A stretch of DNA of 64,000 nt. Source: Macrostomum lignano (lineage: Eukaryota). Below, one piece after another: positions 23,933 to 35,373 of the stretch (within the stretch, counting starts at the first letter, position 1; every line of letters starts with the position of its first letter). The notes under the pieces are model-generated. The model was not told where the DNA came from and ran no database searches. It saw only the letters and a program-made list of their open reading frames with translations. The DNA lies in the NCBI GenBank assembly GCA_002269645.1, contig NIVC01001525.1, positions 62,001 to 126,000 on the forward strand. The letters run 5' to 3'. Position numbers and translations under genes: made by a program.

Positions 23933-25639
23933 ATGAGACTCAGGCTAAATAGCGAGTTCTACTTTGTCGTGGCAGCCATGCTGATGCTGCCGCAGGTGGC
24001 GCTCTCTGAGCAGCGACTGCCAGCCCTGAAGCTGATCAGCAGGTGTCCATCCGACTCAAGCCTGCCAGAGTTGACCTCCGTACCGTCTACCAACGACCTG
24101 TTCGAGTGCGCTATAAAATGCGTCATGTCGGAGCTCTGCTCAGTGATGCACTTCTCCGGAGCCCAGTCTGTCTGTTACCATGCCAGCACCCAGCAGCTGA
24201 GCGCCATGCTGCAGAACAACGGCTCGGGTGAGTCCAGCGAGTGCGCCAGCTACTCCAAGGAGCTGCCAATGCTATCTGAAGCTCCAACCACCGAGCCAAC
24301 GACAACTGAAGCTCCAACCACCGAGCCAACAACAACTGAAGCTCCAACCACCGAGCCAACAACAACTGAAGCTCCAACCACCGAGCCAACAACAACTGAA
24401 GCTCCAACCACCGAGCCAACGACAACTGAAGCTCCTACCACCGAGCCAACGACAACTGAAGCTCCTACCACCGAGCCAATGACAACTGAAGCTCCCACCA
24501 CCGAGCCAACAACAACTGAAGCTCCAACCACCGAGCCAACGACAACTGAAGCTCCAACCACCGAGCCAACGACAACTGAAGCTCCAATCACCGACCCAAC
24601 AACAACTGAAGCTCCACCCACCGAGCCAACGACAACTGAAGCTCCAACCACCGAGCCAACGACAACTGAAGCTCCAACCACCGAGCCAACGACAACTGAA
24701 GCTCCAACCACCGACCCAACAACAACTGAAGCTCCAACCACCGAGCCAACGACAACTGAAGCTCCAACCACCGAGCCAACGACAACTGAAGCTCCAACCA
24801 CCGAGCCAACGACAACTGAAGCTCCAACCACCGAGCCAACGACAACTGAAGCTCCAACCACCGAGCCAACGACAACTGAAGCTTCAACCACCGAGCCAAC
24901 GACAACTGAAGCTCCAACCACCGCGCCGACGACTCCAGCTCAAACTGCGACAACCAGTTCTGCGGCTCCTCAAATTGCTGGCCTGAGCTCAAACCTAACT
25001 TCGAAACTGCTCATTCTGTTCGACTTCAGACAGGGCTACACAAACCTGGTGAACCCAGATAAGTACCTGGCCACTCCGAACGGCTCTGTCACTCGGGACT
25101 CTCACGGTGCCCATTTTCCAGGAGGAAGTACTGATAACTACATTGAGGTGGACAATGATAACGCTACACTTGTATCAAATTTCCTGACAGCTGCCAATAA
25201 TGTTACATTCTATGCTAAGCTGACACGTCAAACAAATGTTTCCCAAGACTATCATTACTTCTATGACTGCATGTATAAAACACCTGCCGGACGATTTGGT
25301 GATCTGAATGGTAAAATTGGTGTTGGACACGTATTTTCTGCTTCAAACGTGGTTGCTCGCTTGAGCAACTCGGTTTTAATGTCAACTGACGACACACCCC
25401 AGCTGGTGTCAGTTGGGGGCGTGTTCAATACAGGAAATCTTACGACACTTTATTTCAATGGATCATTCATTGGCCCTGGAGTCGATTTTTATGCCAAACC
25501 TTCTGGATCCCCTGTCTGCCTGCGACTCGGCTTCTCGACTCAAAGTAAATCTGCTCTTCGCGGCCGCATGATTTGCTACGCCATCGGCAAGGAGGCGCTC
25601 ACTGAGACCGAGCTGCGGCAGCTGGACAGCTTCTGTTAG
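23933..25639 (+). CDS. Secreted PAN/Apple-mucin-LamG-like protein, paralog 2, intact, 568 aa
   Basis: Single ORF: signal peptide, PAN-like C..C...C...C pattern (ECAIKCVMSELCSVMHFSGAQSVC), 21 EAPTTEPTTT units, and a ConA/LamG-like C-terminus (LYFNGSFIG...LRGRMICYAIGKEALTETELRQL). Domain names are from motif recognition, not a database search. Confidence 0.88.
   Translation: MRLRLNSEFYFVVAAMLMLPQVALSEQRLPALKLISRCPSDSSLPELTSVPSTNDLFECAIKCVMSELCSVMHFSGAQSVCYHASTQQLSAMLQNNGSGESSECASYSKELPMLSEAPTTEPTTTEAPTTEPTTTEAPTTEPTTTEAPTTEPTTTEAPTTEPTTTEAPTTEPTTTEAPTTEPMTTEAPTTEPTTTEAPTTEPTTTEAPTTEPTTTEAPITDPTTTEAPPTEPTTTEAPTTEPTTTEAPTTEPTTTEAPTTDPTTTEAPTTEPTTTEAPTTEPTTTEAPTTEPTTTEAPTTEPTTTEAPTTEPTTTEASTTEPTTTEAPTTAPTTPAQTATTSSAAPQIAGLSSNLTSKLLILFDFRQGYTNLVNPDKYLATPNGSVTRDSHGAHFPGGSTDNYIEVDNDNATLVSNFLTAANNVTFYAKLTRQTNVSQDYHYFYDCMYKTPAGRFGDLNGKIGVGHVFSASNVVARLSNSVLMSTDDTPQLVSVGGVFNTGNLTTLYFNGSFIGPGVDFYAKPSGSPVCLRLGFSTQSKSALRGRMICYAIGKEALTETELRQLDSFC
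24278..24922 (+). repeat. Coding VNTR, 30-bp unit (EAPTTEPTTT) x21
   Basis: GAAGCTCCAACCACCGAGCCAACGACAACT. Only 4 units in paralog 1 (19597-19716). Confidence 0.97.
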
Positions 25640-28600
25640 AGCGCCTGAACTGCCTGCCGATGAGTTATTGGATCTTGTCTCTGTTCGAACACTCCTTCAG
25701 TTTATCGATTTTTTGTGTATCTCCCACCTTCCCTCGGCAAAAGTCTGTATCACACATGCTTTGACTGAATTGCCATCGGAGAATGCTTACTGAGGTTTTC
25801 TTCTAGGGAAACACTAGTAGGATGGACCAAGGGTACAGGCTAAGTGGGGAAACATTCTCGTATCAACTGCAAGTTACATGCCATGTTACCTTATTATTTA
25901 AGATTTCTGGAGTCAAAGACAGTGTGTCGATTAAGACGCCTGAAGGTTTTGTCGGCCAGTGAGGGTTGCATAAAGACGTGACACGTGACAGGTTACAAGT
26001 TTATAAGTGGGGAAGCTACCTGCGAATCAAGTTTTGCATTTCAAGAAAGCACTTGTATATTTACTTGACAAGTTATGGCCACACTGGACTCGACTGTTGG
26101 CCTGTTTTTTCAGTCTCTATAGACAGAAAAAAGGTTTTTAACAACTACTATAGTCAGTAATCACTCGTCATTTTTCAACTGTTTGTGGCTTGTCAAGCGT
26201 CTAACAATGGAAATCATGATTTGCGGTACTTGTCACTTATCACACTTGTAGTCGCGACAAGTTTTCTATGCAACACCCTTTGGACAAAAAATAATTTGTG
26301 AATATTATACAATTCTCTCCCGCATTGACAAAATATCTATTCAATCATTTACTTTAATTTTTTCGATCCATTCAAAAATGAAATTTACTCTTTTAACCAA
26401 CGCTATCAATGCTAATATTACTATCAGTAAGTACGGCATGTCAGAAATTTATCCCAACTATTGTTTTCTTTCTGCTTCACATACTTAATATTTTTAAATC
26501 TCTCGACGAAATTAGTTTTTGTTTCTATATTTTCTACTCTGTATTTTAAGCTTCATGTTTTCTGTCATGTTCTGGGTTCCTTCGTTACCGCGTTTCACTT
26601 GAAACTGCAAGCTGTCTCTCTGCTTCAATTTTTTTCTAAGCTTGGTAAAATAACAAATTCTGATTGACCGTAATAATTTCTGACTCAGTTGTCTGTTTCA
26701 AGGAATAGCTTAGAATAAACCAATCCTAATCCAATCAAATTCTAATCAATATTTACGTCTATTAATCCAGTTTCTCTCCTTCCAAATCTTTTGTTGACCC
26801 GTCCATTGAGCCAGGGGTGTTTAAAATGCAATAACCATATCTATATTTTGATACTGCTTAAGGATAATGAGTTTCAAAAGGAGACAAATACTACTTTAAG
26901 CAAACTGGGTTGCTTTGCGCATTGACACCATTGGTGTGAAGTGTGATTATGACGCACCCAGCTCGTAGGAAGAGCGACTCGTAGGATTCCGTGAGGGGCG
27001 CTTTCACAAGGTCCAAAGTTCACAACGTCGAAAAGTAAATTATTTCACAACGTCGAAAACTTAATATAACAAAAACTATGCAGTAGTTTTCTACGTTGTG
27101 AAATTTCGAGCTTATGTATTTTCGAACTTGTGAAAGTGGTTGTATTTGAGTTTTCGATGTTGTGAAATTTCGACGTTGTGAAATTTTGAGTTTGTGAACC
27201 CCCCCCCCAACCAAAGCTCCAACAACCACAGCATCAACGGTGCGAGGGTTGGACGGATTAAAGCCACCCCAATCAGTTTTCTCATATATCTTATTTCAGA
27301 ATAGTCCAAGAGAAATTGTTCACTGGCGCATAGAGTGGCGACTTTTCAATGTTGCTGAGTATAACATTGTTGATAAAGCTAGCTGTTAAAAGCTAGCTGT
27401 AACTGATTGTTATTCTTTTACAATTTTAAACTGTATTTCTATTAGCAGACATAAGCCCGTGCTCACAGGCTTCCGTGTCTCATAGTGGGTCACTTACTAA
27501 ATGGCGTTTTATTCGCGCGGCGCTTGTATGAAAATATGCCGTTTTGAAAGCGCTCGCAGAATTCTTTCGTCAGTTGGCTTGGCTACTTTCTGACAGAGAC
27601 GGCTTCAACTCACGCTTAGTTGTACGCAGCTGTGCTCTTGCATGTACGGCGCCGTTTTTACACGTACGCGACCGGCCCGCCGCTCAGCTCTTCAGCCAAT
27701 AAGTAGACACTGTTTTCAAGCGTCGCATTCAAGCGTCAACTCAAAGACCATTGAGAAGATTGACAGCCCATACAGAAGACTTTACAGGAAATTGAAGTAC
27801 TGCTGAACTTGAAGCTTCAAAGCATCCGCGTTGTCCGTTAAATAGAAATGCACCCGAGTCTTACGAGCGAATTCTGCCGCACGCCTTCTGTAAACTCCAT
27901 ATACTAAAAATGTGATGTTTGTTTGTTTGTACGAAATCGATTTTCTCCTGAATGGCTTGACCGATTTTGTTCGAATTTGCACTGTTCGATCAGAAATTTT
28001 CCCGTGACGGTACATGCATCGTGGCTAAGAAATTGCTCGATGCTAAAGGCATTAAATATTCGAAAAACATGCTTTTTTGCAAAGGTCAAGCAAAGTTTTC
28101 GACTTGAAATGCATTGTAAGAATGCTAGAGAATAATTGTACTAAATATACAACTTAAACTTTTCAGATCTCTATAGAAAACACCTAGTACATGTAAAACT
28201 TCCGCTAAAGAATATTCTATAATATATGACAGTGTTCATGAATTTATCATTTATAATTGAAGGTGCCGCAATCGCGAGGGGCGCCAATATTTGGCGCTTG
28301 GTGGGCGCCCCTACCTGACGTTTTGTTCGGTAACTTTGGAAAGCAAAAATTTCACACTGGATTTCGGGTTTCGGTTGCTGTTCTAACGTGCATTCCAAAC
28401 CTCCTGAAATTCCCCCAAGCTGTTAGGAAACGTAGTATTCAGATCGCTCGACAAAAGACACTCATGCCTCAGCTTCTGAGGAAGCCTTCCCTAAGAGGAT
28501 TTTTACTACTCAGAAAGGCGGCTGGCGCCGCAGGCACACGTCGCAAGCCCAAGCTAAGAAGGCTTCCCCAACAGCTGCTGAGAGTAAAGTTTTACTCACT

Positions 28601-28950
28601 CGCGTGTCTGCCTTGCTGACACGTCCCGATGGTCAGGAACAATTAAACTGCGTGTATGCATTCTTTTTAGAAACTCAGACGGATTTTTTTTTTCAAAAAA
28701 CGACTTTGCGAGAGGGAGCCATCCATCGTTAAAGACAATGACGACTTTCTATCATCGTTAAATGTATCTCAAGTAAGAGATAAGAATAGAGTGTCATCAC
28801 AAGTGAGTCACTGAAGCCACTTTCTCTCGTACTTGCAGCCCCTCGTTCCTTCTTCCATTTCTACTGGTGTACATTACCAGTACACTGTTTATATCCGCTC
28901 CATAGCAACAAGTTCAAGCAGAAGTATCCGAGATAGGACGATATTGATTT

Positions 28951-28956
<6 letters not shown>

Positions 28957-29001
<45 letters not shown>
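28957..29001. repeat. (GA)n microsatellite
   Basis: Direct. Confidence 0.95.
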
Positions 29002-29002
<1 letters not shown>

Positions 29003-29770
29003 TCAATCTAGTCTCTAAACACACGAAATCCCAGCCACTTCTTCTAAATGTTCAGTTGTCTAATAAGAGAACGATTTAATTTACCAAGAGGATTAACGTC
29101 ATCGAACTCTTTACTTGAACCAACCGCAACCGCAAGAGTGCGCCATAACAATTTGCTGACAGAAATCCGGGTGCTCAAAAATGGCGTCTTCTTCTATAAG
29201 TCTCAGAATCAGAATCTGTGTTGGGATAGTTGTTTCGTAATCAGAGTCAATGGAAAATCATTGAACTTATTAGGGTAAAATCTTCTTTCATGGATGTGTT
29301 CTTAGCTGTTCTATCCTTATCCAGCTCTTTTTTGTCAGGGATTTCGGCAGTTTGGGCTTGCATTTGTACACAAGTTGGCTTAACCTATAAGAACGAAAGT
29401 AATTTTGACGTCTGAGAGGTGGAGCTTTGTGAATGAGATTTAGGGTTATTGTTGGGTTAACATTTACCATATTTAGAATTCGCAAGAGAAGCTTACTGAA
29501 AACCGGTTACTTAACGATACGAGAATGATCTGCATTCTCTTTTTCACGTGGTATTACTATAAGTAGAGTATTGCTGACGAATGTGCTTTCTTTACATGCA
29601 AATAATAGCATGTAATATTCTGAAGTCATCAGCACTAGTACCGCATTAGACTCTGTATACTCCTGCGAGCTTTTTTGCGCGTCTCTACAAGAAGATCGGC
29701 AGCCCACACTTGGGTTTACAGGAGACTGATGCCTGTTATTCGTGTATATTTTGTTATGCCTAGCTTGACA

Positions 29771-30094
29771 ATGACCCTCAGGCTGAATATTAAGTTCTTC
29801 ATCGTGGTAGTCATGCTGATGCTGCCGCAGGTGGCGCTCTCTGAGCAGCGACTGTCGGTCCTGAAGCTGATCAGCAGGTGTCCATCCGACTCGAGCCTGC
29901 CAGAGTTGACCTCCGTACCGTCTGCCAACGACCTGTTCGGGTGCGCCACGAAATGCGTCATGTCGGAGCTCTGTTTAGTGATGCACTTCTCCCTAGCCAA
30001 GTCAGCCTGTTACCATGCCAACACCCAGCAGCTGAGCACCATGCTGCAAAACGGCAGCTCCAGCGAGTCCAGTGAGTGCGCCAGCTACTCAAAG
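29771..30094 (+). pseudogene. PAN-mucin-LamG paralog 3, 3'-truncated (signal peptide + PAN only)
   Basis: MTLRLNIKFFIVVVMLMLPQVALSEQ...ECASYSK is homologous to paralogs 1 and 2. Homology stops abruptly ~70 bp before the mariner. Confidence 0.82.
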
Positions 30095-30164
30095 GGCGAC
30101 ATAAAGTTGTCAACAACAACATCTTTGCTGGAGTGCTGCTCTTATACATTTGTCATACTCACTA

Positions 30165-31466
30165 AGACTCAGAAAGTTCTTAGCCTGAACAAGAAAACAG
30201 CAACAAATGAACTAAAAAACGACTACAAGTGCTCAAAATACTCTCCACCGGCATTGATACAGGCTTGCATCCTGTGAAACCAGCTGTCGAAGCAATGCCG
30301 CCAATCCTCATCCCGGAGCTCCTCGATGATGTTTTTGAACTCATTTACAGCTTCTCCCGGTGAAGAAAAGACCTGGCCCTTCAGAATCTCCTTGCACTTT
30401 GGAAACAGAAAAAAGTCGCACGGTGCCAGGTCTAGACTGTACGCAGGGTGAGTCATCAGCTGGACCCCATAGTCAGCCAGAAACTCGAAAGTTTGAGCCG
30501 CCGTGTGCGCACTGGCGTTGTCGTGGTGCAGAAGCACCCCGCGCATTCCGCACCTTGGGCGCCTCTGGCTCACAGCAGAAAAGACTTTGGGTAGGCAAAC
30601 CGTTGTGTACCAGTCAGCGGTGACTGTCTGGCGATCTTCAAGTGAAACGGAAGCCACATGCCCAGTGCGCATGAAGAAACAGGCCACCATCTGCTTGCCG
30701 ACACTCCGGCTGCGTCGAAACTTGGTGGGGCTGTCCTCGTCTCCAAAGATCCACATGGCTGACTGGCGCTTACTTCCGGGGTCGTATTGATAAATCCAGG
30801 TCTCATCGCCCGTGAGGATGTCCCAGATACGCTGGCTGGTCCCAGATTCGAATTTCTGCAGCATGAATCGGCACCAAGCCACCCTGGTGTCCTTCTGCAC
30901 GTCAGACAGCTGATGGGGGATCCACCGGGAAGCCAGCTTCCGCACTCCAAGGTGTTCATGCAGAATGGCGTGCGCACTCCCCGATCCAATACTGATCTCC
31001 TGCTGGATCTGCTGGTGGGTCACTCGCCGGTCAGCGGCAATCATGCTGGACACAGCGCAGATATTTTCTGGAGTCACTGCGTCACAGGGTCTCCCGGATC
31101 GATGTTCATCTTCGAGGCTTTCTCGACCTCGGCGAAACTCAGCAAACCAGTTTTTGACGGTTGCGTATGAAGGACATAGATGGGTGAAAACGTTCTGTAA
31201 AGTTTGATACGAATCGGCCGGCGACTTGCCTTGCTTGAAGTGCAAGTACATCATTGCTCTGAAGTCGCGATTTTCCAGCTTCATTGTTGAATTGAAGAAC
31301 TCAGGGGGTGAACTGACTTTAACTCGCTGCAGTGGACTCAAAAGTGGCTGCTTCTGTTTGAAAATTTTGCTACGATACTTTTAAAAGTTAGTCTTTACCA
31401 TAGACAAGTTTCATGCTTCTACGTCTCGTGGATCCTACTCAGGCTAAAGACTTTCTGAGTGACCCT
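30165..31466 (-). mobile_element. Full-length mariner transposon (~1.3 kb)
   Basis: 5' TIR TA|AGGGTCACTCAGAAAGTCTTTAGCCTGA (31468). 3' TIR TA|AG[ggtc missing]ACTCAGAAAGTTCTTAGCCTGA (30163). TA at both ends. Confidence 0.9.
30223..31284 (-). CDS. Mariner DD34D transposase, uninterrupted, 353 aa
   Basis: From the ATG at 31284: HTH region, WIPHQL (WVPHEL-like), TGDETW, HHDNASAH, YSLDLAPCD. Counted 34 residues between the 2nd and 3rd Asp. Confidence 0.95.
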   Translation of the reverse strand: MKLENRDFRAMMYLHFKQGKSPADSYQTLQNVFTHLCPSYATVKNWFAEFRRGRESLEDEHRSGRPCDAVTPENICAVSSMIAADRRVTHQQIQQEISIGSGSAHAILHEHLGVRKLASRWIPHQLSDVQKDTRVAWCRFMLQKFESGTSQRIWDILTGDETWIYQYDPGSKRQSAMWIFGDEDSPTKFRRSRSVGKQMVACFFMRTGHVASVSLEDRQTVTADWYTTVCLPKVFSAVSQRRPRCGMRGVLLHHDNASAHTAAQTFEFLADYGVQLMTHPAYSLDLAPCDFFLFPKCKEILKGQVFSSPGEAVNEFKNIIEELRDEDWRHCFDSWFHRMQACINAGGEYFEHL

Positions 31467-31607
31467 TAAGCTGCGACATAGTTGGTTAGGTGTGCCGACG
31501 TTAAAAGTGTTGTATGGCTACTTCTGCTGTCTCACCGAAGACCTTCATATCTGTCTAATACGATTAAACTTGTTTCCTGTTCAATATGACCTGTTAAATA
31601 CAGTAGG

Positions 31608-31870
31608 TGACACTGTGATTGGTGCAGGCGACACTGTGATTGTTGCAGGTGACACTGTGATTGGTGCAGGTGACACTGATTGGTGCATGCAGGTGACATT
31701 TTGTGATTGGTGCAGGTGACACTGTGTCTAGTGCAGGTGCGCTGTGATTGGTGCAGGTGACACTGTGATTGGTGCAGGTGACACTGTGATTGGTGCAGGT
31801 GACACTGTGTCTAGTGCAGGTGACACCGTGATTGGTGCAGGTGACACTGTGATTGGGTGCAGGTGACACC
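31608..31870. repeat. Minisatellite, 21-bp unit
   Basis: CAGGTGACACTGTGATTGGTG units. Confidence 0.93.
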
Positions 31871-32123
31871 CGCATTAATATGACTAAAAGTCAACCAATT
31901 CAAGTAAAAAATAAGTCTATTAGTCCTTGAAATTGCACTTGGTTTGTTAATCAGTGAAGAATAAAGCGAAGATGATGCAATGCAAGCACAAAACAATTTA
32001 TTGGGCATATTTACACGAACAGCTTCTGCATAAAAGTTGTTACAAAACATGTACTTACGAGTAAATAGAAAAGCCAGACTTTAAAATTCTATATAGGATG
32101 TAATGTTTCTATAGTCCTTAGGT

Positions 32124-33284
32124 TCACGACAGAACCACAGAGAGGACCAGAACCAGCACGAGCACCAGGGCTGCCAAAATGAGGATAATTATGATTTTTT
32201 TCTTTCTGCTGGAGCGCTGGTTCACCACGGCGTCTTCCAGCTGCTCTCGTCCTTTTTCCACGTCTTCAACGACGTGAATGACCTGGTCCTCGATCAGATT
32301 GATCGTCTCTCCCTGCTCGAGCACCATCTTGTTGAGCTCAGTGAAAATTTCTTCGAGATCTGTGGGATGGAAGGAGAGCAGAAAGCATTCTGTATAGTAT
32401 TCCAGATTTTCGAATTGGCACGTCTTGACTTATCTTTGGATTACCCACCTATCACCTTCTGATTGACTACCAGATTGTCTACCAATCAGCTTCTGATTGC
32501 CTACCAATCATCTCTTGATTGCCTACCAATCATCTCCTGATCGTTTATCAATCATCTCTTGATTGCCTACCAATCATCTCCTGATTGTCTACCAATCATC
32601 TCCTGATTGTCTACCAATCATCTCCTGATTGTCTACCAATCATCTCCTGATTGTCTACCAATCATCTCCTGATTGTCTACCAATCATCTCCTGATTGTCT
32701 ACCAATCATCTCCTGATTGCCTACCAATCATCTCCTGATCGTCTACCAATCATCTCCTGATCGTCTATCAATCATCTCCTGATTGTCTATCAATCATCTC
32801 CTGATTGCCTACCAATCATGTCCTGAGCCAGCTGGTCCATGGCAGCCTCCCTGGACTTCATCAGTTCCAGCTGGGCCTCCTCGGCCTGCTTTTGTGCCTG
32901 CATCGCCGTGCTCAGCTCAAACGGATTCTCAGCTTCCATGGTCAGACCACGGGACGCATCCGCCGCAGCTGCCTCAGATTTCCTCCGTCGCTTGTCGTCT
33001 TTCAGGCCGTCGTTGAGCTGCTTCAGCCGGTCGTGCAGCGGCTCAGCTCGAGTCCGTAGCAAAGTCTCATTTTTGGAGTTCTTGACCAGCTTCTTCAGCG
33101 AGCTGCTCACCTCGCCTGCTTGCAGTTCAGCTTGAGAAGTCTCGCCGGAGCTTGCTGAACACTCGGCAGCCGAGAGCAGCTGCTCAATTCGATTGATCTC
33201 AATCTCATCGTCTGCTCTTGCCGCTGCTGCTGCTGTTTTTGCTTCTGGGTATTGATTCAATGCTGCTTCTTGTTTGCCTGGCAT
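32124..33284 (-). CDS. Qa-SNARE syntaxin (STX7/12-like SNARE motif), 2 exons, 235 aa, tail-anchored
   Basis: Exons 33284-32813 and 32359-32124 (phase 1) give ...AMDQLAQDMIDLEEIFTELNKMVLEQGETINLIEDQV...QRSSRKKK plus a hydrophobic C-terminal TM. The central EQG is the Q layer. Confidence 0.88.
32450..32826. repeat. 22-bp minisatellite in the syntaxin intron; the unit spans the exon/intron donor junction
   Basis: Plus unit CAATCATCTCCTGATTGTCTAC; minus unit CAGGAGATGATTG|GTAGACAAT versus the true junction CAGGACATGATTG|GTAGGCAAT. Confidence 0.93.
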
Positions 33285-33929
33285 CTCTGCAGTTGGTCTT
33301 GCAAGTGTTAGCTAGTAACTGCAAGCTCAAGTGTTTTTAGAGTTCTCTGTGTTGCGAGTAATCCGTATGTAAGCGCGTGTGAGGTTGAGTACCGGTGAGG
33401 TTGGCAGCTGTCTCTCTCGTATTTGCACACTCCTGCCCGGCTCAGTACTTGAATGCACAAAAATTGACTGTACAACTCAGCACAATAGCGTGACCGCCTG
33501 TAGATAAGAGAAGGTTAAAAAAAGATTTTCGTCTCAATTCATGCATTGCCCTCTCTCTCTCTGTCCTGCTGTCCCGCACGAGCTCTCTCTACTCTCTGGG
33601 TGTCGCAATCGAATTCGGATAGTGCCGCTTTATACGACGTGCAACACCGGGCCGCGGAGGACAGTCACGATCCTTCTGAGCACAGGATACAACAGGTCAG
33701 TTTGCTAAATAATCATATTAAATTACTCATGCTCTTTTCTCAGTCGGTCAAAAAGATATAGTGTGGAACTGCTTAGATTTTAATTAGGATTATTAGGATC
33801 AATGACTACTCAGATGGTCATTGAGATTATGATAAATAAAACGGACGGTAATTGCTTTCTTATAGTCAAAATGTATATAACTTTTTGAGAAGCATTTTTT
33901 GACGGCTAAATTGTCAAGGTACACTAACT

Positions 33930-34983
<1,054 letters not shown>

Positions 34984-35373
34984 GCTTACGGGGGAATTGC
35001 TGAGAGGTCAAGGCTTACTGCATGGTGGGAATTGCTGAGATGTCAAGGCTTACGAGGGGAATTGCTGAGATGTCAAGGCTTACGAGGGGAATCGCTTTGG
35101 TGTTCAGGCAACTATCATTCACATAAATAATTTTTTCCCTTGCTTTTTGGGTGCCCAAAAGGGGGCATTAGATTGCTAGTACTTTAGCTAAAACCACAAA
35201 ATATATTTAGCCAATCAAAAGCGGGTCCCGAGTACGTTTTTTTTGTAAGTACTCCATCAAGTACTCCTAATTCTAATTAAATACAGCCGCCTCAACAGCT
35301 GGGCCGCTGCCCTGTCACCTACTGAGACACCGCCCGCTACTGCTAAAAAGCGATCGAAGTGTAATTCGACAAC

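Noticed and set aside
31608-31870. 21-bp array as a fourth splice-donor-derived repeat (contains CAG|GTGAC)
   Set aside because: No adjacent exon could be identified on the plus strand, so the motif may be coincidental.
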